Assembly (NCBI GenBank): GCA_032718475.1
Contig: JAUCBJ010001126.1
Location: 107-64,106 of the forward strand
Direction of reading: 5' to 3'
DNA from: Nemertoderma westbladi
Lineage: Eukaryota; Animalia; Xenacoelomorpha
Length of the DNA: 64,000 bases
The notes beneath the pieces are model-generated. The model searched no databases. It was not told where the DNA came from and worked only from the letters and a program-made list of their open reading frames with translations. A program made the position numbers and the translations under genes. Each line of letters opens with the position of its first letter. Positions within the stretch are counted from its first letter, which is position 1. Shown piece after piece: positions 23,490 through 34,504 of the stretch.

Positions 23490-24548
23490 ATGGCATCAAG
23501 AAATATGAATGATATTCATACCCACAATCATTATGAAGCCCTGTCGGACTCTATAGATGGAACTAGAATAGAAATAGAAGACGAGCGGGTGCTGGTAAAT
23601 GAAAACATCCAACACGTAGATTCTATGCTTGCAAATCTACCAGCGATCATTGATGAACGGATTCGAAAATCACTACATGGAACTACTGAGTCAAGCAATA
23701 TTGATGATTCGGTCCTCATAGAACGGGTTTCACAGGAGGTCTACTGCGGTGTCAACATGGATGTATACGCTCTTCGGAACGAACTCGAGAAGTCACTGAT
23801 TAGACTGGACCAATTCTCCCAACGCATCGATCGTACTGATGCGTCGCTGGACGATCTGGAACAGTATTCGAGACGGAACTGTCTGCTGATTCATGGATTC
23901 GCTGTCCAAGATAACCGGGGTGATATGGATGCGACAGCAAAGGAGATACTCGCTTTTCTACAGAGTAAACTGGATGTTGATTTGTGTCTTGCTGACATCG
24001 ATCGTTGCCACAATATAAAGCCGCGTATAAATGGAGATTCGGAACAAAAACTGTCAATCATTAAATTCACTAACTATCGTGCCAAAGCAAAGGTCCTACA
24101 GAAACGCAAGAGCCTCAAAGGAACCAAGGTTTTTATTTCGGAAAGCCTCACCAAACGTCGTGCTGCACTACTGAAGGAAGCCAAGGCGAAGGGTGGTATG
24201 CGTTCTGCTTGGTCAGTCGACGGCCGAATCCTGGTATCAACTTCCTCGGGATCAATTCTTACCATCACCTCGAGGAAAGATATTGATCACTGGACCCCGA
24301 GTTCCACCACGTCACCTTCCACTGTTGGTAAATCAACGAAGTCTGTGGCGTCGGCTAAATCTGAGAATAAGTCTTCGTCTGGTTCTAAATCGAAGTCGGC
24401 TCCTAAGACGCAGTCTACTACAAGGATGGAAACAAAGTCTGACACTAACCGTAAGTCGACTGCAGCATCTAAATCGAAGAAGAAGATAACTAAAGCTCTG
24501 AGTAGTAGCACTATTACGGTGTCTACTTCAACCCCTGACAGGGAATAA
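23490..24548 (+). CDS. LINE ORF1 (CR1/L2-type coiled coil + RRM, S/K/T-rich tail)
   Basis: LDDLEQYSRRNCLLIHG..DIDRCH..IIKF..LKGTKVFISESLT..AWSVDGRILV. Confidence 0.88.
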   Translation: MASRNMNDIHTHNHYEALSDSIDGTRIEIEDERVLVNENIQHVDSMLANLPAIIDERIRKSLHGTTESSNIDDSVLIERVSQEVYCGVNMDVYALRNELEKSLIRLDQFSQRIDRTDASLDDLEQYSRRNCLLIHGFAVQDNRGDMDATAKEILAFLQSKLDVDLCLADIDRCHNIKPRINGDSEQKLSIIKFTNYRAKAKVLQKRKSLKGTKVFISESLTKRRAALLKEAKAKGGMRSAWSVDGRILVSTSSGSILTITSRKDIDHWTPSSTTSPSTVGKSTKSVASAKSENKSSSGSKSKSAPKTQSTTRMETKSDTNRKSTAASKSKKKITKALSSSTITVSTSTPDRE

Positions 24549-24621
24549 GTGTAGTTAATACCTGTCTGTATGGTATTAATAGTGAAAGTTTTAATTTCAT
24601 AATTATATAGTCTAGTTAATT

Positions 24622-27600
24622 ATGGCTGTCCCAAGTATCAAAGTACCCAAATTATCTATTAATCATCCAATCAAATATCCCTGTAAGGCTTGTCGCACTG
24701 CTGTTAAAACAAACCAATCTGCTATATTTTGTGAAATATGTGAGTGCTGGGTACATTCAAAGTGTATTAGACCTTCTCTACAACGCGGTGATTATCGTTA
24801 CTTCCAAAATTCAGTCCTCCCATGGTTTTGCCCTGAATGCATTGCATCAAATCTACCATTTATGAATATTGTAGATGACGATGAATTTATTTTCACTATA
24901 ATTGACTACCGAATTCCGGACACCATAGATATTTCTGCTTTAAACTCAACTTTTTTCGAACCTTATAATTTAAAAGCCGTTGGAAATAACGACTTCGACA
25001 CAGAATTCAACCCTGATGTGCATTTATATTCTGATTTTTCTGACATCAAAAATTGTACATACTACTTTTCAGATGATTTCAATGAAAAATTCAATAACGA
25101 AAATTTATATGATTTGTCTTTACTTCACCTAAATTCAAGGAGCCTACCAGGCAACTTTGAGAACATATCTGCATATATAAAACAACAAATATCAATAAAA
25201 TTTGATGCTATAGGAATTAGTGAGACATGGCTAAATGCAGATAGGCATATAATCGACAATTATAATTTGGAAGGATATAATTTTTTTCAAAAAAATAGGG
25301 AAACAAAGTTGGGTGGGGGAGTTGGTCTTTACATTAAAGACACAATATCAGCTATACCACGTGATGACCTTTCCAAGCTTCCGAGTAATGGAAATGGATT
25401 GGATTCACTATTTATAGAAATTCCACAAGAGAAAAGTAAAAATATCTTAATTGGTGTCATTTATCGACCCCCTGATCATTGCATTCAGGACAGCATCACA
25501 TCACTAAACATCATATTACAAAAAATTACAGACGAGGGCAAAATTTGTTACCTTATGGGGGATTATAATATGGACCTCCTTAAGGTAGAACAGCATGCAC
25601 CAACAAGTGATTTTTTTAATTTAATGACTTCTCATTGTTTTCACCCAACCATTTCTAAACCAACCCGTATCACTGACACAACTGCTACCTTAATTGATAA
25701 CATATTTGTAAACACGCTTCCTACTTCTCTCGACTCTGGTATTTTTATATGTAATTTAACAGATCACCTACCCATATTTCTCCTCAGTAAATTTAACAGC
25801 AAACTTAGTAAGAGAGACATTAAAAAATTTGTATTACAGAGGCAATATTCTGAAAAAAACAGTACAATTTTTAATAAGAAACTCTCTAGCTTTGACTGGA
25901 ATACCATGTTGCTGCTAGCTAGTGACCATGACAATGCAAATGATATGTACAATAAATTTGTAGCAATTACTCAAAAATATATAATGAGTGCTTTCCAATC
26001 AAACGAATAAAATTAGCAAATCCCAAAACACCATGGATACCGCATAATATATTAAAATGTATCAAGAAAAAAGACAGATTTTACCACGATTACCTCATCC
26101 ATAAAAATGAAAAAGCCAAAGAAAAATTTGTGAAATATCGCGATGCACTGAAGACAATCATTCGAAGGTCTAAAATTAATTATTTTAATAACGCCATGGA
26201 CAGTAAAACTCGAACAGTGAAACAAATATGGCAATCTATAAATCAACTAATTAACCGCAAAGTCAACAAAACATCTGGGCCGACTTTAATTCATCATGAT
26301 TCCCGTACTGCCACGGAACCCAAAACGATTGCTACCTCCATGAATCAGTATTATTCTCGTGTAGCTTTTAATCTTGACAAAGAGATACCAATAGTCGAAG
26401 GTAATCCCATTGATTATTTATCACCAATTAAATTTCCCAATTATCATCTAGATGAATTTAATAGTGTTTCATGTTCTGATATTAAAACAATAGTTTTGGA
26501 TTTTGATTCAAAGGCCAGCCCCGGTCATGATGGTATCCGTGGTAAAATTGTCCAGAACTCATTACAGCCGATCCTATTACCTCTAACATATATTATTAAT
26601 TGCTCTCTCCGCACCGGTATTGTACCAGACAGTCTGAAAATTGCACGAGTTGTTCCAATTTTTAAATGTGATGACCCCACGATTCCTAAAAACTATAGAC
26701 CAATATCGGTCTTACCATTCTTCTCTAAGATTTTCGAAAAAGTTGTTGCTAAACAACTTCTAAAATATGTCACCCACCAGGTAATTATATCGCCATCACA
26801 ATTTGGGTTTCAGGCAAACATATCAACGCAATTAGCATTATTAACACTTGTAGACAAAATTACATCATCCCTTGAAAAGAAACAATCAACATTAGCACTC
26901 TCAATAGACCTATCAAAGGCATTTGACACGGTTAACCATGCAATTCTATTAAGCAAAATGGAACACTATGGAATAAAAGGTGTTGCATTGGAATGGTTCC
27001 AAAGTTACTTGTTCCAACGTAAACAATATGTAGCCATTGACAATATTTGTTCCGAACAAAAAATTATCCAGTGCGGGGTGCCCCAGGGGTCCATTCTAGG
27101 TCCTCTGCTTTTCCTCCTATACTGCAACGACATAACCAATGTCTCCAAAATATTTAGTTTTGTTTTATTTGCGGACGACACCAGCATAGTTAACTCTAGT
27201 AATAATATTGATAACCTGATTGCCAGTACGAACTCTGAATTACAAAATCTCCAAAAATGGTTTTGTGTCAATCGCCTATCCTTGAATATCAGCAAAACAA
27301 ACTATATTATCTTCAATACAAGCAACCGGATCATCAGTCCATCAACTCCAATTCACATTAATAACATTGACATTACTCGAGTAAAGGTGGCCAAATTCCT
27401 TGGTGTACACATAGATGAGCGTCTAAACTGGAAGTACCATCTACACCAAATAAGTATGAAGATTAGTAAAAATATAGGTGTTATAAACAAGGTAAAATCA
27501 TTTATCACTACAGAATCTTTAGCAGCTCTATACTACGCACTGGTCCATCCATACTTAAGTTACTGTACGGTAGTTTGGGGTAAATCAATAACGGACAATA

Positions 27601-28082
27601 CTGAACAACTAGTACCCAGTTACACCAGATCAAAATTTAGACATAGAAGGAGGAGGAGGCGAAAAGTTTATGATGTTGTTTCAATAACAAACATTTTTAA
27701 ATTGCACAAACACCAACAGAAAATTATTTCAATAATTCAACATCGCGATCTTAATTTTTCACCACCTACACTTAATCACATTTTTACTCAACAAGTAGCT
27801 ATCCTCTCCTTTAAGTCTATCCGTAATATAACCCCCCATGGGATATTGCCGGACCTATTAACACCCGTTTCAAATGTACACACCCATGAGACAAGATCCT
27901 CACAATCTCAAAATGCGTTCCGTCTACGAAATAGGCTAAAAATCCGAACTCAATCTATTTACGCTCTAGCACCAGTAATTTGGAATGGTCTACCTCTTGC
28001 AGTGCGACAGTCTAGCGGATTATTACAATTTAAGTACAAATTAAATAATTTCTTAAGGGGTACTACTATAACTACAACGTAA
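24622..28082 (+). CDS. LINE ORF2: PHD finger + AP endonuclease + reverse transcriptase, one frameshift in the A-run 25973-25977
   Basis: C4HC3 PHD; NSRS, ISETW, YRPP, GDYN, TDH; NYRPIS, QFGF, DLSKAFD, GVPQGS, FADD, KFLG; adding one A joins the two track ORFs. Confidence 0.88.
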
Positions 28083-28540
28083 GTATCAATTTCACTTGTT
28101 TTCTATAATTATTTCGCTAGTTATTGTTATCATTTAGTTATTATAATTTTCACTTGTTTTCTATATTCTGCTAGTTATTGTTATTCTATTGAGAACAACC
28201 CGTATCAATAATAAATTTAAACATATTAATGTACGTATTATAATTAGTTTTGTTGCAACAGTAAGCTTTTTGTAGGCCCATTTTAAGAATTGTATAAGGT
28301 TTTTTTTTTCTCTACTGTATGTATATTGTTTGTTTGTTTAAACTGGTGTCTGAAATAATCTAATCCAATTATTTTAAATTCACAATGTAATTAAATACTA
28401 TATTATTAATAATAATAGCTTGTTTCTATCAGTTCATATTATTGTGTTGTGCATGCATTATATATCATTTAATATCAATATTTGTGTGGGAATAGTTTAA
28501 TAAAAGTTAAAAAAAAAAAAAAAAAAAAAGTTAAATGTGA

Positions 28541-28731
28541 TACTGCCGCAATTTAGTCCACTTTGTATGTCCACATGTCTGTCACTTCCAATGGGGGGCC
28601 CCCAAGCTGGGTACTGGCGCTACCGAAAATTAACCTGAGCTACATAAGATTATTCCCAAGTATGCATAGAGGGGCCCCCATTGGCAATGACAGACATGTG
28701 GACATAGAAAGGGGACCAAATTACTGTAGTA
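28541..28731. mobile_element. ~190-bp palindromic MITE
   Basis: ~60-bp imperfect TIRs (TATGTCCACATGTCTGTCA / TGACAGACATGTGGACATA). Confidence 0.7.
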
Positions 28732-28997
28732 TTACTACAGTACTAGTATGTACCCCCTCACTTGTATGGCCAGCACGCCCATCACCCATGTCGACGGGAT
28801 ACTGTACGTATGTGATGTTAATAATATTGTGATTAAGAATACTACAGCGTAATTCACATTTGGTTTAATGACTTTGATACGTCTGTACGTGTCTAGTCTA
28901 GTCTCGTTTTGTGATGTCTTACTTTGTCTCCGGTACATAGGCCTACTGTATTTTGTTGTTTATTACGTCCAACCTCCTCTTCCACCCGAAGATCACG

Positions 28998-30860
28998 ATG
29001 GTTCCCGTCGAGCTCTACCTACGTCGCAACATAACCGCCGGATCACCGACCGACTTCATCAGGGTCGACGAGATTCCTGCCCTTCGCACCCTATATGGAA
29101 TACTGACAAAAAGCGCGCCACACGCGTCCTGGTTAAACGAAAATCGCGCCAGCCATGATATCTAATGCGCGCCAAGCCAACAATTGACTATGAAATTTTG
29201 CAGTAATTGCTTAATTGTAATAATTTATCAGTTTATAATGCTGTAGCCCTACAGTATTTTATCATTAACATGCGAGCGTAGCGAGCAAGGAAATTTTCCA
29301 ATTATGTTAACATAAATACAGTCTGACAGTAATAGTCAGATAGTGCTGTAGTTGTAGTAGTAGTAGTAATAGGTCAACGTCAACTGTCTGTTTTTAAATG
29401 TAGATGTCATGAAATGCGAGCGTAGCGAGCACGAAAATTTTAACATTTCAGCATTTAAAGTAGGCAAACCGCCTGTTTTCAAATGCAGAAATGCAGATGT
29501 CATTAAATTGCGAGCGTAGCGAGCACGAAAATTCTGCTGAATCATGCAGGCAGTCATGGTTTTATTGGTTTGAAGAATCTGACAATTGGAAAACTTTTGA
29601 AACAAGTCATGTTTTTAATGGTCATGCAGTCATGCTCAATCTGTCCGTTTCCATTTGTCCACAGCCAGACAGTGCTAAGAGTAGGCTTACAGTATAAACG
29701 CGAGCGAAGCGAGCGGACATTTTTCAATCTTTTTAAACCTATGGAATAATTTCAAATATAGCTGTAGAGTGGGATGTGTTGCCAGTGCACTGCTACGCTA
29801 CCGCTACATCCTACACTAAACCCTACATCCATATTCGCGCCAGGACCGCCAGGATCCTCAATGCGCGCCACACGCCCCTGTCACTACGCGCCAGGATCCT
29901 TAATCCGCGCCACACGCCCCTGTCACTATGCGCCAGGATCCTTAATCCGCGCCACACATGTTGAGCAAACTCTAAATTCCAACCTGGCTTCGCACCCGCT
30001 CGCAGAGGCAGAAGTTGACCGCGTTGAAGGAGGCCGTGGGGCAGCTGGGCATCCCCGTCACCTACAAGACCATCCCCGGCCACAAGGAGAGATCGCCGAT
30101 GCTGAAGATCCACGGCATCCGCGAGAAGACATCGGAGGAGAAGTTGAAGCAATCGGTGGTGGTCATCGTGGTCGGGATCCGGAGCGAGTTCCTCGCCATC
30201 GTCGACCATCTCCAGGATCCGAGGCACCTCGAGGTGGATCTCCCCTGGACGAAGAAGAGAGCCGTCGGATTCCTGCGAGGTTCGGACTCCGTCATCACCG
30301 TCGTCCTCCCCAAGAACATCATTGCCCCCAACGCTGCCGGAGCCATCCCCCAGGTTTTCGCCATCGCCAAAAACACCGTCGAGTATGCCCTCAAGGTAGG
30401 CACCGTCTTCGGCGGAGAGGACTCGGAGATGGGAGAGATCGGGGTCCTGAAATCGGTGGGACGGGCCAGTCCCTTGTACGATGGGTACATGCGTGAGTGG
30501 ACGAAGCCGTGGGACGGATTTCCCAGTCGCCAGATATACGACATTGGTGAGGATCTGGACAGAAAGATCAAGGTGCGTGGTCGTTGGGTTCGGATCTTGG
30601 GGAGGGCAACGACGAGCGGTCCCGCTCGTTTCCCCGGCGAGCAGCAGTTGGAGGAGAGGAGCCATGGCGAGTTCGAGATGTCCGGCGTAGTGTGGGCCGT
30701 CATAGCGACCACGTTCGGACACCCCGTCGAAACATCCCACATCAGTGTCGTTACCGACAAGGACGGCGAGGGCGCCTCCCCGACCGACAGGAAGAAATAT
30801 CTAGAGAGACTTGCCATCGTCGCCTGCGAGATCCTGAGGAAATGCCTCGACGAGACCTGA
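28998..30860 (+). pseudogene. GC-rich intronless gene (putative winged-helix + PNP_UDP_1 nucleoside phosphorylase domain) split by an insertion
   Basis: Removing 29092-29997 gives an uninterrupted 318-aa ORF from ATG 28998; PNP motifs VIVVGIRSEFLA, LKVGTVFGG..GEIGV, EFEMSG, ISVVTD. Confidence 0.7.
29092..29987. mobile_element. 896-bp non-autonomous insertion with 9-10 bp TSD (MULE-like)
   Basis: CTTCGCACCC at 29082-91 and 29988-97; repeated GCGAGCG(T/A)AGCGAGC motifs; 42-bp tandem repeat 29847-29958; TIRs poor. Confidence 0.75.
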
Positions 30861-31274
30861 GAAGAATTCACCATCTGTCTTTATAATGTCTTGGATAAAT
30901 TCATGTGGGATCCTCTACTTTTCGGCAATAAAACATAATTATTTGCAAGATTATAAATTAAATCGACGGAAACGTTATATAAGTTATTATTTCTATTCTC
31001 ATATCTATTCTCGGATCTTTGAAGTAATAGGCCAATTTTTTGTCGGATTTCCAAATTAAAAGTGCAAATCAATTTCAACCATCACCAAACATGCGTTCAA
31101 AACTGGTAAAGTGGCAAAAAAATCAGCTAAAAGACACTGATTTGTCACAATTTTTCACCATTTTCTGCAATTTCACAAAAAAATATATGGTAGGGGGGGG
31201 GGGGGGGGGGGGGGGAATTTTAGGCAAATGCGATTTTTCACCGATTTTGTGCTATTTGATTTTTTTTGCATTTT

Positions 31275-32330
31275 GCCTATAATTTAGGGGCCAAATTTTA
31301 AACATTTGTGTTTTTTCCCTGTTTTTTGCGCTATTTTTCGTCATTTTTTAAGATTTGCCTAAAATTTAGGGGCCAAATTTTAGGCATTTGTGTTTTTTCC
31401 CTGTTTTTTGCACATTTTTTCGTCATTTTTTACGATTTGCCTAAAATTTAGGGGCCAAATTTTAGGCATTTGTGTTTTTTCCCTGTTTTTTGCGCTATTT
31501 TTCGTCATTTTTTACAATTTGCCTAAAATTTAGGGGCCAAATTTTAGGCATTTGTGTTTTTTCCCTGTTTTTTGCACATTTTTTCGTCATTTTTTACGAT
31601 TTGCCTAAAATTTAGGGGCCAAATTTTAGGCATTTGTGTTTTTTCCCTGTTTTTTGCGCTATTTTTCGTCATTTTTTACGATTTGCCTAAAATTTAGGGG
31701 CCAAATTTTAGGCATTTGTGTTTTTTCCCTGTTTTTTGCGCTATTTTTCGTCATTTTTTACAATTTGCCTAAAATTTAGGGGCCAAATTTTAGGCATTTG
31801 TGTTTTTTCCCTGTTTTTTGCGCATTTTTTCGTCATTTTTTACGATTTGCCTAAAATTTAGGGGCCAAATTTTAGGCATTTGTGTTTTTTCCCTGTTTTT
31901 TGCGCTATTTTTCGTTATTTTTTACAATTTGCCTAAAATTTAGGGGCCAAATTTTAGGCATTTGTGTTTTTTCCCTGTTTTTTGCGCATTTTTTCGTCAT
32001 TTTTTACGATTTGCCTAAAATTTAGGGGCCAAATTTTAGGCATTTGTGTTTTTTCCCTGTTTTTTGCGCTATTTTTCGTCATTTTTTACGATTTGCCTAA
32101 AATTTAGGGGCCAAATTTTAGGCATTTTTGTTTTTTCCCTGTTTTTTTTCGCTATTTTTCGTCATTTATTAAAATTTGCCTAAAATTTAGGGGCCAAATT
32201 TTAGGCATTTGTGTTTTTTCCCTGTTTTTTGCGCATTTTTTCGTCATTTTTTACGATTTGCCTAAAATTTAGGGGCCAAATTTTAGGCATTTGTGTTTTT
32301 TCCCTGTTTTTTGAGCTATTTTTCGTCATT
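31275..32330. repeat. 82-bp satellite (~13 copies)
   Basis: GCCTAAAATTTAGGGGCCAAATTTTAGGCATTTGTG... recurring every 82 nt; internal GCCTAAAATTT/AAATTTTAGGC inverted repeat and T-tracts. Confidence 0.95.
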
Positions 32331-32637
32331 TATTTTTAGTTCATCAACACAGCCGTTTTTCGGCGGTGTACATAGATTTTAGTTCATCAACACAGCCGTT
32401 TTTCGGCGGGGTACATAGATTTTAGTAGTCTTTGCCGTTATTAGTAGTAAGGTTACTGACGCTTTTTGTGTGAAAAGTTCGTGTTGACCGGTTTTTTTTC
32501 AAGTGAGAGTCCACGATGAAGCAGATTTCGCTTTTTCTTTGAATGATCTCATTGGATCAATCATCAGTTTGTGGCACTTGATTGCATTTGATTGTACTAA
32601 TGCATGATTGATTGATGATTGTTATGGTTTCCTAAGA

Positions 32638-33033
32638 TTATACTGTATTGAATAGAGTAGAAATCCTTGCTATCAAGCTACTCCAAGTGTTATTCTCCTT
32701 CAACTTGCTTGGCTGTTTTGCTTGATTGTGGGCTACAGTCACAATTCTATCTTTGTTCTTTTGTGGTGTTGTCTTCGTTCTGCCTACTTTCACTAGCAAT
32801 GGAGATAATACAGTGGACAATTCACACTGCATCTGCAAAACCTCTCTCTGCAAGAAATAGCCATATACTGGTCTGGCAGATTCGCCAGCTGCATTCTGCA
32901 AATATAATATATGACGCACTTTTCCTCTATAGCTCTGGTTCCAGTATGCTATACATTGATATTCACCTTCTTCCAATTCAAGCACTTTTCTCACACTGCT
33001 CTTCTCTTTTGCAGGATATTCAACCAAACACAT
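32638..33033 (-). CDS. Orphan ORF fragment, possibly Polinton/virus-associated beta-rich protein
   Basis: 131 aa protein-like composition (KVLELEEGEYQCIAY..YRGKVRHILYL..PVYGYFLQ); upstream frame disrupted. Confidence 0.35.
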   Translation of the reverse strand: MCLVEYPAKEKSSVRKVLELEEGEYQCIAYWNQSYRGKVRHILYLQNAAGESARPVYGYFLQREVLQMQCELSTVLSPLLVKVGRTKTTPQKNKDRIVTVAHNQAKQPSKLKENNTWSSLIARISTLFNTV

Positions 33034-33546
33034 GGACTTGGCCTTCTCATATTCATTTTCTCTACTTTCTTCAATCTATCTTGTATATTTTGTTGTTCGC
33101 CTTCAATTGGGCTTCTCAATAATTTAATTGGATACCAAATAATTATCTGCTGCTGCTCACTATTGAACTCTTTGGGTGCTCCGTGTCATCAACTCTCCGT
33201 GTCATCAGAAAATTATACTATATTACGGGTCATGGTGTATATTCTGCAACAGTTTAACCTGAAATATCATGCTTTCACTTTTATTTTATAATTTCAATAA
33301 ATACTAGCTAGCAATAAAACTAATTAAATTACAAAAAATTCCCGACGTTTGCGAAATTCGCGAAGAATCTGTCAGTTTCTGTGCCCTACTCACAATTTAT
33401 CTGCAATATCAAGAGTGTCTTTTAGCAGACTCTTCCGGAAATCAATCCTGACCAGCCAGCTGGCTGCCATAGAACAGGATTTTGATTATTGATAGTAACA
33501 ATGTGTTGGCAAGCTGTATTTTTCGAGGTGTTTGTTATTATACATT

Positions 33547-34504
33547 TATTATAGGAAGGGATCTAGGGGTCTTTACCTCGAATGATAAGTTTATTTTACC
33601 GAAAATAACTTATCTTTTATTGGCGCAATTGTAGGACTAATCCCATCACAACCACGCTGATGAGACCCAGTAAGGTCGAAACGCGTACGTGGTTTGGAGA
33701 GATATGAGATATTAATTTCAAGAAAAATTACGCGATTCTTAAATTTGTGGGGCGAGACACGTAGTCGGCGAGCCTTGGCATACGGTTCATATAGGGTAAA
33801 TGGGGCATGTCCGTCTGTCTGTCCGTCTGTCTGTCTGTCCGTCCGTCTGTCTGGTAAATGTTTGAACGCGAATTTCTCGGCATCGCTGGTTCGGAATTGA
33901 ACCAAACTTAGTAGGCAAGTAGTAGAGAGAAAGTTTAGAAAGTTTCTAAAGTTTGGTGAAAAATCATGCAGTCTGACGTCAGCTACGACAGATTTTGTGG
34001 TTTTTAGAAAATGTTAAATTTCTCGGGAAGGCCTCATTTTCCTGAGCTGAAATTTTGGTGGCCTGTAGAAAATCATGAAGTCTATCTTTTACGAAATTGA
34101 AAAGTTAAGACATTTAATTGGGGATCCGCTAGAGACTCAGAAGTAATGACATAGGCCTACCGGTACGGTACTGCTGTACAGTGCTGCACTGGTAAGTACA
34201 AAATTGCAGAATAACAATTTGACACCACCTAGCGGATTAACATATGATTGTATATCGAATGAATACATTTATAGCATGGGATATGGGGTTCAAACTAGAC
34301 ATGCCCCATTTGCTCTATATGAACCGTATGCCAAGGCTTGCCGACTACGTGCTGCGCGAAGTCCCCACGAACGTGTACACTACCCGGTTAAAAAGTACGC
34401 ATGTGATGGGATTAGTCCTACAATTGCGCCAATAAAAGATAAGTTATTTTCGGTAAAATAAACTTATCATTCGAGGTAAAGACCCCTAGATCCCTTCCTA
34501 TAAT
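33547..34504. mobile_element. Long-TIR MITE with (GTCT/GTCC)n microsatellite
   Basis: ~100-bp near-perfect TIRs TATTATAGGAAGGG..CCCATCACA plus a second inner IR block; insertion flanked by ATAGAACAGGAT (33469-80, 34503-14). Confidence 0.8.

Larger units (their letters stand above)
23330..28529 (+). mobile_element. Near full-length L2/CR1-group (Crack-like) LINE
   Basis: ORF1, PHD-APE-RT ORF2, AT-rich 3' UTR, AATAAA and poly(A) at 28509-28529; 5' boundary uncertain. Confidence 0.88.

Noticed and set aside
30015-30160. R1/Jockey gag-like RRM similarity (PMLKIHGI..SEEKL)
   Set aside because: No zinc knuckles or other LINE parts; after reconstruction a winged-helix reading fits better, though unproven
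29823-30874. Long antisense ORFs (305 and 270 aa)
   Set aside because: Shadow frames of a GC3-rich sense gene; no motifs
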